DNA of 58,074 nucleotides, counting the filler, from Platydemus manokwari (Eukaryota): the NCBI GenBank assembly GCA_037951405.1. It is 5 parts of 5 records of this genome, joined end to end, with 100 filler letters (N's around TTAATTAATTAA, not from the genome) between each part and the next. Parts side by side here need not be neighbours in the genome. Positions count along the whole stretch, not along the records: positions 1 to 16,051 come from JBBMOY011219210.1; positions 16,152 to 26,788 come from JBBMOY011117663.1; 3 more parts are not named here. The stretch is one strand, 5' to 3'. The notes under the pieces are model-generated. The model was not told where the DNA came from, made no database searches, and worked only from the letters and a program-made list of their open reading frames with translations. Position numbers and translations under genes: made by a program. Of the stretch, positions 14,274-26,888 are shown one piece after another (position 1 is the first letter of the stretch; every line of letters starts with the position of its first letter).

Positions 14274-15908
14274 TTATTCAATGTTAGCCAAAGCTGTAAC
14301 CAGTGGATCACAAATTTTCGATTTAAACCTCAACCATTTGGTTGAATCAAGAGTAATATTGTTAATGAAGTTTTGAAAGGGTTTGATTTTCTTTTCCAAC
14401 GATTCATTGATAATTTCAACTTTGTGTTCGTACTGGACATCATTTCCGTTATTCAAGCAACACACATTGCTGAGCAACATGCAAGTTAAACCAAAAATAT
14501 CTACAAATCTCATTGCAGTACTGTTCATAATACTCGTGAATTCTTCATCATTTTCATTTGCAGTGTGCCACATGAAATTATTCAACGAGATTCGTCGTAA
14601 ATTTAATTTGAATAATTTGACCTGAATCTTTGCATGAATTTTATGAACAGACTTGAAAAAGTCTCTATCCAAGGAAAAAAGATTACAATTTTTATTAGCC
14701 ATTCTATGTTTAATGGAGTCCAAGAATCTTTTGATGAAAACTATATTGGCCAAAGTTCTCCTTGACAGATTTGTGAAAATTTTTAGATAATGTTGTTCCA
14801 AATCTTTATAAGATCTATTAATAGATTGAACCCAAAATGATGAAAGACTCATCAATTTTGATGAGTTGAAATCAAAAATGTTTAATGTTTTATTGATATT
14901 GTTGTTATTATTATCATCATTATGATCATCTAACGGACATTTTCCCGAAACAATTGTCGACATCCGGATGCATTCCATACAAACATAGTGTGTGCAATTT
15001 TGAAACATTCCAATTAAGGAATCTTCCGAAAATTCGTTACATATAATACAACAGGTATTGGAAGAATTATTAAAAACCAAACTCCTAATCCCATTGTGAA
15101 TTGAATTGAATTGAATGATCTCCGATTTCAAATTGATCAACAACACATCGGCTAAATTTCGTCGAAAATAAACAAACCCCAACAATTGTTGTAAATTTTC
15201 TTCATAAAGTTCGAGCTTTACTGTCGAATAAATGGTGGAAAATTCGTTACGGAAAGTTAATTGAAACTTCTGAAATTTTTGGATTGCTTTTACTTTCATA
15301 AAATCGATCCAGATGAAAACAAATTCGATTTTTTCCATATTTTTGGCAATTCTTGAAAAATTGTTATGGATTTCATTGAAAGTTTTATCATTAATTTGAT
15401 ACTGTTCCATTTTTCTAACAATTTCTTCATGCTTGTCTAATAAAGATTTTGTTTGTTGGAATTTTTGTGAATTCGATAAAATATTCCTCATTATTACCAC
15501 CAGTTGATCGTTGGTATCTTTACAAAAATGCCAAAGCAATTGGTTGATGCCAGTTTGATGAATGAATAAAAGTTTTTCTTTGATAATTTTCTTAACCGAT
15601 TTCATGGATTTACGGACTTTAAGGAATTCTGTGATGATATCATGAAAGTGATCATATAGTTCATCCAGCATTTTCGAAGACCTTTCCAAAATTATTTCAA
15701 TAATGGTATTTTGAATTGACTTTGATTGAAGAACTTTTTTGTCGCTGGTTATGGTAAATGTTGCTGTAATAACAGTGCGATCGAGAGGACATGAAGGTGA
15801 AATATAGATCCATGTTTTTAAACAATCGATACAAAATTCATGTTTGCAGTTTTCAATAATTATTTTATCGGTGATAATTTCCGTACAAACCGGACAAAAA
15901 TTATCCAT
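14274..15908 (-). CDS. Intronless 544-aa protein with two C3HC4-type RING fingers, each followed by a helical/coiled-coil region (putative E3 ubiquitin ligase)
   Basis: Uninterrupted 1635-nt ORF in very AT-rich DNA. RING1 CPVC...CKHEFCIDC...SCPLDR; RING2 CIIC...CTHYVCMEC...KCPLDD. Confidence 0.88.
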   Translation of the reverse strand: MDNFCPVCTEIITDKIIIENCKHEFCIDCLKTWIYISPSCPLDRTVITATFTITSDKKVLQSKSIQNTIIEIILERSSKMLDELYDHFHDIITEFLKVRKSMKSVKKIIKEKLLFIHQTGINQLLWHFCKDTNDQLVVIMRNILSNSQKFQQTKSLLDKHEEIVRKMEQYQINDKTFNEIHNNFSRIAKNMEKIEFVFIWIDFMKVKAIQKFQKFQLTFRNEFSTIYSTVKLELYEENLQQLLGFVYFRRNLADVLLINLKSEIIQFNSIHNGIRSLVFNNSSNTCCIICNEFSEDSLIGMFQNCTHYVCMECIRMSTIVSGKCPLDDHNDDNNNNNINKTLNIFDFNSSKLMSLSSFWVQSINRSYKDLEQHYLKIFTNLSRRTLANIVFIKRFLDSIKHRMANKNCNLFSLDRDFFKSVHKIHAKIQVKLFKLNLRRISLNNFMWHTANENDEEFTSIMNSTAMRFVDIFGLTCMLLSNVCCLNNGNDVQYEHKVEIINESLEKKIKPFQNFINNITLDSTKWLRFKSKICDPLVTALANIE

Positions 15909-16051
15909 TTTAGATATTGTTGTTAAACTGAATAAAGTCGAATCGTTTTTATGTTTTGAGAATATTATTGATTAAATAATAATTATTTGAAATTCTATTG
16001 GAAGAAAATATTGTATAAAAATATTCAATAACAAATTTAATTTGATTATAG

Positions 16052-16151
16052 NNNNNNNNNNNNNNNNNNNNNNNNNNNNNNNNNNNNNNNNNNNNTTAAT
16101 TAATTAANNNNNNNNNNNNNNNNNNNNNNNNNNNNNNNNNNNNNNNNNNNN
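16052..16151. other. Artificial contig-joining spacer (N44-TTAATTAATTAA-N44)
   Basis: An identical 100-bp design occurs four times; the 12-mer has stops in all six frames. Confidence 0.97.
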
Positions 16152-16516
16152 ATCTTTCAGAATATTTCACATTAGACTCTGAAACAAAGTATTTATCAAT
16201 AATCAATAAGATTTTAATTAAATACAGTTATTAAAAATTTCTGTAATGATTTCCACAGAATTTTAAAGAATTCTCGTCGATATTTATGACTTGCTATGAA
16301 ATGTAAAATCAAAACACTTTGTGATAAAATAAAATCATCTAAAATGAATTAAAGACAGCACAACATTATTTATTGCAGACCACTTAACATTTTAAAATAT
16401 CCAATGTATTATTTAAAACTATAAATTTTAAAATAACAACATACATTTTAGCAATACATATATTTGTTTTAATAAACAACTTAAATTGAATTTATTTTAA
16501 ATTTAGTGCATGCAAA

Positions 16517-17478
16517 ATGGTAAAATCAAAGAGAATTAATAAAGGTAATTCTTAACCATAATTTTAAACGCATGACTCATATTTTTTAAAGGAAAATCTG
16601 AAAAAACTTCCAAAGTTGATAAAAAACCAAAGGATCAGAAAATTACCTTTGTGAATACAGTTCGTTTTTATTATTTAGGAGTAAATAATTAGTTAAATAT
16701 TTTATAAAGGTTAAAACTCTTATTGGACAATACAGTACTTTATATGCATTAAAAATTAATAACATGAGAACTGTGATTATTAAAAGAATTCGTGAAGATT
16801 TTAATGATAGCAAGTATGTCAACAAATAAGTTCAAAAACTCGATGTTTATTTATTAAATTTAGAATTGTTTTTGGTAAAAAGCGCCTCATTTCAATGGCA
16901 CTTGGTGAAGAAAGTGGTTTATCTGAAGTTTTAAAAGAAAGTGATGCTCTTTTGTTGACTGAACGATCTTATGAAGATGTGAAAGAAACATTATCAAAAT
17001 ACAAATCATTAGAATTTGCTCGAACTGGTGCAATGTGTAATCAGACAGTTAAAGTTCTTGCTCAGCCTTTGAAAGCTTTCAATGTCGATTTGAAACCAAC
17101 TCTCCATGATTTGGGAATGCCAGTGGAAATTAAAGACGGCGTTATTATTCTAATGGAAGATTATCAAATTTGCCAAAAAGATGAACAATTGACAAATACA
17201 ATGTGTCGATTATTGGTGAGTTTCATTGTTTATGGTTTTTTAGTTCAATATTTGATTTCCGATATTAATTTCAGAAATTTTTCAATGTACAAACTGCTGA
17301 ATTCAGTGTCGATGTTGTAGCCATGTCTAAAGATAATGATATCACCAGATATGATTTGTCCGCCTCAGAAACTGAAGAAACGATTCCATCAAGTGTGGAA
17401 ATCAAATGCGAACAGTTGGATGATGGAAAATTCTATTTTATTCCCCACATCGTTGAAGACGTCATGGATTGTGAATAA
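16517..17478 (+). CDS. MRTO4: mRNA turnover protein 4 / ribosome assembly factor Mrt4 (uL10/P0 paralog); exons 16517-16544, 16592-16659, 16710-16813, 16864-17215, 17275-17478
   Basis: The spliced translation MVKSKRINK...NNMRT..IKRIREDFNDSKIVFGKKRLISMALG...FARTG...LHDLGMPVEIKDGVIILMEDYQICQKDEQLT...RLLKFFNVQTAEF follows the Mrt4 motifs. Four GT-AG introns of 47, 50, 50 and 59 nt keep the frame. Confidence 0.9.
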
Positions 17479-20326
17479 ATAAATTTATATTGATCGCTTC
17501 AACTTTTATTTTCAATCGTTTCTTTGATTATCTTTGAATAGTAATATTGATTGGCTTGGTGATTGATTTTGCAATTTTTCCATTTATAAAACAATAAAAT
17601 AACATGCTGTTATACCATTTTTAATCTGATACTTTTGTATTTATCAATATTTGAATGATTAAAACATTAACCAATATTTTATTTTACAATTGAACCGTTT
17701 TTCTCCATGTTTTAGAATTAAAATTTGGCATCAAAAATCAATGGTTTTCCAAACATGATATTTTGTTAATAAAATGTTGTGTTTGTTTCGAATCAATATG
17801 ATAGCATTATTTTAAACAGTAGCATATTGTATGTGATTCAACCAATCATATGGACGGATGAAGTAGAAGTTTTATGAAAAGTGAAGATTGTGATTTGTAT
17901 GTATGTCTCGCAATGACTTCTGCATCTGCGTCCAGTTCTCTGTGTATGTTATAAATAATTGATATTACTTAGTTTTATAAATATACAGGGTTCTGATTTC
18001 AATTGGGTTGCTTAATGAAACCGTATTATATCAAATAATCTGAATAGAAACATATTAAATGAATACCAAGATGATACGATATCAATGTTTTAAGAATAAA
18101 CAATGCAGTAAAAGGATCTAACTGTTCCCTGTGATAAAATAATGTGGAGTTATAAGTGTTCCCTTAAAGTTTAAGTGAATAAATTGGTAGACAACCCCTA
18201 CCTATCTTTATTCGTATTCCGTATCAATATTATATTATTAAACCCTGGAATAATCAGTATTTGTTTAAGTAAATCAATAATGACAATGATAATCTCGACG
18301 TGTTATTTGAAGAAAGATTCAACGTTAAAAAACAATTAACGATCATTCGATATTCGATTAAATGTTGCATTTCTTGAATTTAATGTATTTTGAGAACCAA
18401 TTCGTTTACATGTCGTAAGTGTCATGTCGCCATCTTGGAATTAATTAGGATTAAATTAAACTAGTGGTTAATAAACAACATATAATAATTAAGGCAGAAT
18501 CCACGGTTAAATAATAAAAATTGCCTTTTGAAATTGTCACATCGATTGCACTCACGCTTGAAATTAGTTGTTTAAATACTATTTTTTTGAGACACACAAG
18601 ACTCGTAAAAATTTATCAGCTCAGCCGATAGGGAAATGACTAAAATCGGTAATGAAGGCATGTGAACTCGAACATTCATTGTAATGCAAATCATTGATAT
18701 TCTGTATTGCATTGTTCCATAGGACTTTTATAATTTTTTGTATAAGACGAAATTTTCAAAATTGGTAGATAACTCTCCATATTCGAATTGAATTATTTTT
18801 GTTACTATTATTTTGTAAATTCCAATATATAGTATTAACGGTTTGCATGCTCATAGTATATCTAATCGACTATAATTTTGGATTCAAAATATTTGTTGTC
18901 AAGTATTTGTATGGTTTTCTATTTCTAGAAATGTCTTCACATGGGTTAGTAAATCTCTCATTTATCGAACCAGTTTTAAACGTTGTATATTTCAGTAAAT
19001 TAATATGATTGTTTGCTAGTGGTCTGACTATAATTGTCATTATTTTAAAAAGTCTACACAGTATCATGTAAAGCCAAATTTCCACAAGAATTACAATCTT
19101 CAATTGTAGTTCCTTTTTACGTAATAATTGAAAACACGCAAATGACGTAGATACAGCCAATGGCTTATATAAATATAGTAAGACAAATGGGAGTCTCAGA
19201 GAATGTAATTGCAATAACTGAAAAAATATACAACGTTTCCAAACAGCATTTGTATGTAAGGAGTACATCAAAGGAAACATAAATATAACATGAGAATAAA
19301 GATAAATCTATGAAACATCCATGGTACTTATTAACAATAAACACTTAACAAGGGTACTTCTATAAAATCACAATATCGCATGACATTGGCGTTGCTTCAA
19401 AAAATTAAATATGATTTCATCACTTGAACGCAGCAGCTATGATTCAAGCTTAAACCACCAAAATGTGCGTATGTTGGGATCAGCAAGGTTTGAAACAAAC
19501 AAGAGAAAAAGAGAATACCATAATAATACATAAAAAGAGAAATACTAGAAAATCGTATGGATGTTGGTGTTTATAGAGTTATCCTATTATAAACAATTTA
19601 CCAACAGTGATTGCATGAATTAGGTACTGTACAACATTTTATTGTGTAAATACGAAATAATATCTTTAACTTATGAATATATTTCAATCTCGTAAATACT
19701 TTTTCAGAAGATATTGGTTATTGAAGACTTGACACTAACATCCTCATATTTTATCGAAATTAGCACTTAATTTTTATGAAAACTACCCATGCAACAATAA
19801 AATACTCGGTATGCCCATATACCGATCAAAATTCAACTCTATTTTATTAAAAAAAGGAATAATAATTTATGTCAAGCATATTATTCATTCATTGCTAAAA
19901 TGCAGTACATTTACTTGATAATTATTTGTGATATACCATGTATATATCTGAAAACTTTTATTGATTCGATATTAAAATCCCGGCTTGCTTGTAAACATAT
20001 ATTTCAATAGTGACACCAACTGGCTGAATAAAATAACTTTCTATCAAGCAAAGAAGTACATAGACTACTCTCAATCGAACAGAACCTCTCAAAGAGCAAA
20101 CCGAATTACAACTAAACATCAATTACCCAATAAAACTATATATAATCCTTTAAAATTGTTAATACCAATACCAGTTAGCTTCACTTGATCTTTAATATCC
20201 ATTCTTTGTCTTCTCTAATAAAAAAATAATAATTTAATGATTTTGTATAATTAAGGTGTAAAACTCCAACTAGAACGTCGGAAATACTTTTATTCTCAAA
20301 AATTTCATCTAAAAAAACTAAACAAA

Positions 20327-23300
20327 TTATTCTGATTCTCCAATAATTTCTTTCAACAATGATTTAAATAATTCATTCCTGTGACACAATTTTCCAGATC
20401 GTTCCACCCATTCTCTGAATTCTTTCTCTCCAATGACTTTAGATTCTTTCAACACTTCCAACATTCGATGAAAATCAATAAGATTTTGAGTGACAGATGC
20501 GTGTTTCAGCATCTTATTCAACGGTATCACATTCATTTGACTTTTGATAATATGCCTCCAATTTTCTATGGATATTTCGTGAGCGAAATTAGAGAAATAC
20601 TTATCGATTATGTGTTGATCCTTTTGGTTTTCTGATGAATTGATGAAATTTATGATCTGAAAAATTAAACACAAATTGATTAAGTATATTCAATGGACTT
20701 TTATACATTTGGAATGTCTCGGTTTTCTGGTGGAACTTGTTGTAATAAAAGAAAGTAGAGACTTTTCCACGCCGGATGGCTCATTGATTCACACGATGCT
20801 TCAATAACATTTTTACCCGGTAATTTCCAGGATTCTTTCCAACTCATCAAACACTGAATCGATTAATTATATATAAATAAGAAAAATTTTAAATTTTTTA
20901 AAATATTTTTAACGTTTAATTTCTTAAAATTTTCAAATTCATCTAAGTTGAAAGTAGTATAAGAGTTCTCGTTGAATCTTAGAGATCAACACGGAAAGGA
21001 ATACTGGCAAACTGGTATCTCAGGCTTTTCGCTTTATTAATATCAATTAGAACCAACTTCAGAGGAATCTTGAATTCCTGGTTTACATACAGCTAATAAG
21101 TTGATGACAAATGATTGCTCTTTTCAGACCTAGCATTATTCCAATCATAGATATTTAAAAATCAAAATAGGAATCATCACAATGAGCATATTTCCACCAA
21201 TAAAAGATTTCTTTCATCATCATTGACATCGTACAAATCCATTCATCAGAACTAGGATAACTACTGCCAAGCTATTTTTTCATTTCTTGCTATTTGTTGG
21301 AAAAGTGTATCGTAACTTATTATTTCGATATAAAACCACAAGTCTCAATCGTTGAATTTAATCGGTTTTTGTCAGTTGGCCAAAAAATTCAAAGCTCTCC
21401 ATTAGAACACGATTCTACCACTATGCATGGCTATTAGTAATTTGTCTACAAAATCCAAGGAATTGAAATATGGGATTTTTGTGATCAATTTCAAATAATA
21501 AGACAATTGAATGAATCCGTTTTTTGTCTAATATGATTTACAGAAGTAAATGCAATGAAAGAATAAACGAGTTACTGTTAAGAAGTATAAAGAGTGAAAC
21601 AAACATAAAAAATACATCATTGATTTTATATGTATTCTCATTTCATCAATAATTTCATCAATGAAAAAAACATCAAGTTCAAAATCATTTTAATGCCTAC
21701 ACTTTGATAAATGGAGTTCAGTTTTCAATTATAAGATTCTATCAAGAATCATGATAAATTTCTCCAATACTTCTATTTGAGAATTATCTGGGAACATCCA
21801 TCATAATTCTTCAAATGCAATAATTCAACAACTGACTATCTTCACATCCTTGACATAAAATGATCAGGAATAAATCAAATCGATAAAATTTAATAGTTCC
21901 CGTTAGATAATATCTGATATTATAAATACTCACAATAAGTTTTTCGATTAAAAAGTTATGACGTCATGTTGTCTTCTTAGTAGTGGCTATGCCGAAATTG
22001 ATGTGCTCATTCGAGCAAGACAAAATGAAAGGAAAAACATATTTCTAAATAGTCCCAGAAGACACAAGAGATGCTAGTTTCAAGATAGACATTCTTCGAT
22101 GGTTCATCGCAAGAACCACCAGGAATGGTTACAAATAAACAAATAAAATTTCCAACCAGATGAAGTTATTATTTGCATTTGATATCTTATTAAAAGGATA
22201 TCCTGAAGAGTTATGACAGGAATCTAGTCTCAAATAATCTAGTTCACGGAAACTTTCAAATGTCAAATGAATGAATGACAATGTTAAAGCACTTAGACGA
22301 GAGATTCGACGAGAAATGCAGAAACTATGGCCTTCGTGTACGTAAACTAGTTACAGAAGTGTTTGAAAAAAATATATCAATAGAGGAAGACACAATTTGT
22401 TTTGACTATGTTTTGCATGGACGAATAGATTGGAAATAGAAGAAAGAGACGTGAAGAAGCTTAAGAATTGTTCGCAAATGTAGCAAAAGAAAGGTGGTAG
22501 ACAATTGAGCGATTTATGATTAACAAACTTGATCGAGCATGAGATCCGAACTTAAGTAGGAAGAAATTGCACAAAATTCTAGATGGCACCCGATAAATCT
22601 AGAGAAGGAAATTCAAGATTTGACAGAGAATCTTTTGGAAAAAAGTGTTATTGCCCCGTGCAAAAGCCATTGGAATCAACTTTTAATAGTAGTTTCCAAG
22701 AAAGATTTATCAATAAAAGTGTGCCAAGATTTCCACTACCAGATACTCAAGAGTTATTGGATTCATTGAATAGTGCAATAGCTTTCTCAACGATAGACTT
22801 GGGTCAAGCGTACTATCAAGTCGAGCTTGAGAAAGATTCCAAGTTAAGAACAACTTTCAGTACAGAGATGAGATAGTCTTGTTTCAATAGGCAGTCCTTT
22901 GGATTTTTTACCATTCCAGAAATATTTCGGAGATTGATGAACACAAAATTTAGAAATTGAATTTTAAAGCCGTTCTGGACGACATATTGGTTTATGGTAG
23001 AACAATTGATGAACACTGTTCAAGACTCAAACAAGTTTTAAGTTAATAAAGTCTTCACACATGTTTACGAGATCACGTTTTCAAAGTGTTCTTTCCAGTT
23101 AGATGTATCGGTACTTCAAATGAAATAAAGTAAGAATTTCGATATTTTTCAATGCTTAAGAGTATTATTCACACTATTGTAAATCAATTTATTGATATGA
23201 GCACCTAGTATCGGGAATTTCGTAATAAAATGAAGAATCTTATTTATTTTTCCAAACCAATTTAATCACCTTCAAAGTAATCCCCTTCAGACACAACACA

Positions 23301-26300
23301 CCTATGATAATGCAATGTCCAATTTATGAAATGGTTATTAAAGTTGATTTCTGAGATGACCTTCAGTACCTTGATAAATTCGAGCTTTTATCTACACAAT
23401 CGACTTGAAATAATTTTCCTGGCGAGCTAGTTTAGTTTACTGAATATCTAGATCAAGTGCTAAGTTAGGTGTTAACGGTGGTTTTGGAACAACATAAATT
23501 TAAATTTTTGATGAAGAAGTTTCTAAGAATGCTTTTGGTACCAAAAAGTTTTGGTTGGTCTAAGGTACAAAACCTATTTCAAAATATTATGGACTGATCC
23601 AAATAAAATGCTTATGGCATCAGCTCGGTTTCTAATTGTCAATCGATAATTTTAACCAATAAAGATTTTGACATGGAATTTGACACTGACGTCATCCATA
23701 GTGCTTTCAAACTAAAAAAATATTTGCAAGAATCGATAAATCCACGAATTTTAATTTCAAAATTTCAGGCCATATATGATCGCAATAGTATTTATGCAAA
23801 ATACCTCATTTATAAATAGAAATAATATCGATCAATTTACTTGTAATCGTATTAAATAGCTCTGACAACAAGCAGAAGAGCAAACATTATCTAAGATGTG
23901 ATGAGGAGAATTGAATGGATTTATTCCATTGAATGGATAAAATTGATTTAAAATCTCATGAAATCGCAATGATTTCAGCCATGATGGAATCTATTAAAAA
24001 TTAACAATAGAATTAACGATTAAAGAGTATTTTACTCACCTTGCGACATAGCGGATTGGATTTGTGCGGACAGAATTCCACTGTATTGAAACTGAATTCA
24101 TGATAAAGAATAAGAAGTTGATTAATGTAATTTGTGTAATCGTCATTGTTGGTTATGTTTTGAGTAGTATTTATGATTGTAGAATATTCCTGATGAATAT
24201 TTTTCAAACGGCCTTCACAATATTTACTGGTATTAGGAATAATGCCACAGTCTTTCAATGTTTTGCGTAAAAATTCCTCTAACACCATGATGTGAGAACA
24301 TTGTCCAACCTGCATAGAACCATTACTTATTTATAAGTGAAAAATTATTTTTAAATCGTAATAAAAATCGATGTTTGATATTTTTTGCACAGAATACAGA
24401 AATGTATATAAATCACGATCAAAATCTGATTGGTAGATTAATTTTAGAGAGATATTGATTGGGTGAGATACAAAAATGCACACACAACACAATAAGCCTT
24501 TAATTTACACGTGAAATTTTATCATTATTTTATTATTGTTACTATTATTAGAATTGCAGATTATAAGCTATTAGTGAAAATTGTGTGAAAACTTGCTATA
24601 AAATTTTATAATATGGTATAAATTTATTATGAAACAATCGCTGGGAATGCTCATTTTGTTAAGATGGAATTGAATTTATTTTTTGAAAAATCAATAATCT
24701 TGTGCTACAACAATTTTACAAAATGACATCTGATTCATCCAAAAAAATTGATATTCAACTAAAGGGATTTCCAAATGATTTATATATTTCTAATAAGTAG
24801 AATATATTCTTTAAAAGAGTATCTACGAACTTCACGGTTCCAAAAATGGATAAAATTAATGGTGTATTGTTGTTCGGTGAATAAGGAGATAACTTTAATG
24901 AAACTGTCATAATAAAATACTCAAAAGTTTTGATTTCAAGGATAATTGCTAGTATATCTCTTGAATTCAAAGATGTGTAAATGTGTAAAAATATTGATTG
25001 TTCCCTCGGAAAATATTTAATTATAATTTGATCTTGCCATATTTTCAGTTTGATTGAAGAAATAATTATTGTTTTCAAATCATTTATAAATGTCAAATAT
25101 ATGGATTCCAGTTTTCATTGAAAACTGTTGGCACAAATTTTGACTGCAAAATCGATATTTTATCTCGATGCAGTCGAACTTTATTAATGACACCCTAATT
25201 GAAAATTCGTTTAGTGCTTATTATAGAGCACCACTAATTTATATCAGTAAAAATTATTTAAACAAACTCACATCACTAACAAATCGTTAGAGATAAATAA
25301 ACCACTTCATAATGGGCCTTTAAAATAGTCACCTGTAGAATGGGAACTCTTCTAATAATAGAGTCCAAAAGACAATCATTTCATTAAATAATGTTATGTT
25401 TATTTATTAAATTAATAATAATAATAATAATTATTATTATTATTAAAAAAAATAATTATAAATAAAATTATATTTACTTTTTTACCAATCTCTAAATTGG
25501 TCAACTCATGATCGTTATTATTATTCAGAAAACACGAAACAACGATGCTGGCATAAATTTGCGGATTAAATAAATTCAAAGCCTAAACAAAATCAAAATC
25601 AATTCAAACATTTCATCCAATAGAAAAATCAACCAATCCGAATGATGTATGACATTTGTTGTGGAAAATTAAATGAGGTTGAGATTTTATGAGCTTCTTA
25701 ATAGCTTTCTAAAGGATACGAATCAACGAAATGAAACTTGTATGACATGGCATACCTGATCCAATTTCGCCAATAGCAGTCGAACAAGATCATAATCTCC
25801 ATGAGCTGAATAGTAAAGAATTTTGATAAAAATCGATTCGAAATCTACTGGATCTAATCCTTCAATAATTAACAAGTCTGCTTTGAGAAAATCTATAAAC
25901 GACAAATGAAAATTATCCACAAATTCAATGACATGAAAACCTTCGATACTATTGGTGGTCATTACATCGAATAATAAATAAACGGAACACTCCAGAATTT
26001 TGATAAGAATCCATCGAAAATGATCCTATTATCACATAATATTAAAATCTTTTACAGAAAATTTGTATTAATTCTGTACTATAAAATAAATAAAGCCAAT
26101 CTGGTGGAATTAACCGTTGAATTTGAAACATTCTGTCAACTTCTACTAACTTAACGGAAATAGACTCAAATTGCAAGGCTAATTTTCTATGAGATTTTTG
26201 CAATTGTAGGCGGTTCTGTTTGGTTTTCGATTTTTAAAAAATACGAATAGAAAAAAGTACAGAAAACGTTCTTAATTGAAGAGATTGAGAAACTAAATTT

Positions 26301-26752
26301 TGATGAAAGAAGTTGATTTATTAAAAAATTTGATAAAAAGTTATCTGTGACCAGCTTTATTTGGTCTGGCAATCCAGTACTGGTTTGAAAATTTTAAATC
26401 ATTATTAACATTCATAAAAAATCTCACGTTACAGTAAGCATTTCTCCAATGACGAATGGGATCAATTTTTAAAGTAAAACTACTATTTGATACCCAGATT
26501 TATTCTATTTTTTTAAACGTGGCGTTTATTAAAAAAAACATCCTATATATATCACCAGAGCATAAACAAATCAATAACTTTAAAAACTTTAATTGAGAAA
26601 GGTAAATCCAGGGGTTCACCATGGCTTTGATTTATCAAAGGCTTTTGTAAATGGATTTCTTTTCCATTTTGACAGATTGGTTTCAGTAGTGATTTTCGCT
26701 TGTTACTAGTTCTATTATTAGGTTGTTGGGAAAATAATGGCCGTTTTTGCAT
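20327..26752 (-). CDS. Multi-exon gene of unknown function, probably a large alpha-helical protein; 5' exon structure not fully resolved
   Basis: Phase-compatible exons separated by ~50-nt GT-AG introns: ...AKLDQ|KAIKKLIKSQPH...FGL|ALNLFNPQ (about 25490-25960); ...PLCRK|IPSWLKSLRF (intron 23991-24039); CLMSWKESWKLP...DIPN|IINFINSSE...GESE* (exons 20707-20853 and 20327-20656, intron 20657-20706). It could be two genes. Confidence 0.6.
22720..23042 (+). mobile_element. Ty3/Gypsy LTR retrotransposon reverse transcriptase fragment (decayed)
   Basis: FPLPDTQELLDSLNSAIAFSTIDLGQAYYQVELEKDSKLRTTFST, then after a stop FNRQSFG...FRRLMN, and after a frameshift VLDDILVYGRTIDEHCSRLKQVL (the YxDD box). 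Confidence 0.88.
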
Positions 26753-26788
26753 TGCATATTTAAACTGTTAATATTTAACTAAAATCAT

Positions 26789-26888
26789 NNNNNNNNNNNN
26801 NNNNNNNNNNNNNNNNNNNNNNNNNNNNNNNNTTAATTAATTAANNNNNNNNNNNNNNNNNNNNNNNNNNNNNNNNNNNNNNNNNNNN
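26789..26888. other. Artificial contig-joining spacer
   Basis: N44-TTAATTAATTAA-N44. Confidence 0.97.

Noticed and set aside
14383-14625. 80-aa plus-strand ORF
   Set aside because: Antisense shadow of the RING gene. The same applies to 16643-16825, 20381-20635, 24064-24270 and 49716-49901.
15908-16517. Apparent bidirectional promoter between the RING gene and MRTO4
   Set aside because: An artificial contig spacer lies between them.
18640-18715. Minus-strand GTTCGAG B-box-like motif
   Set aside because: No A box or cloverleaf.
24320-24400. In-frame TAA in an apparently continuous exon, suggesting stop-codon reassignment
   Set aside because: A 72-nt gtattc...ataag intron removes it in frame, and the conserved genes here terminate normally at TAA.
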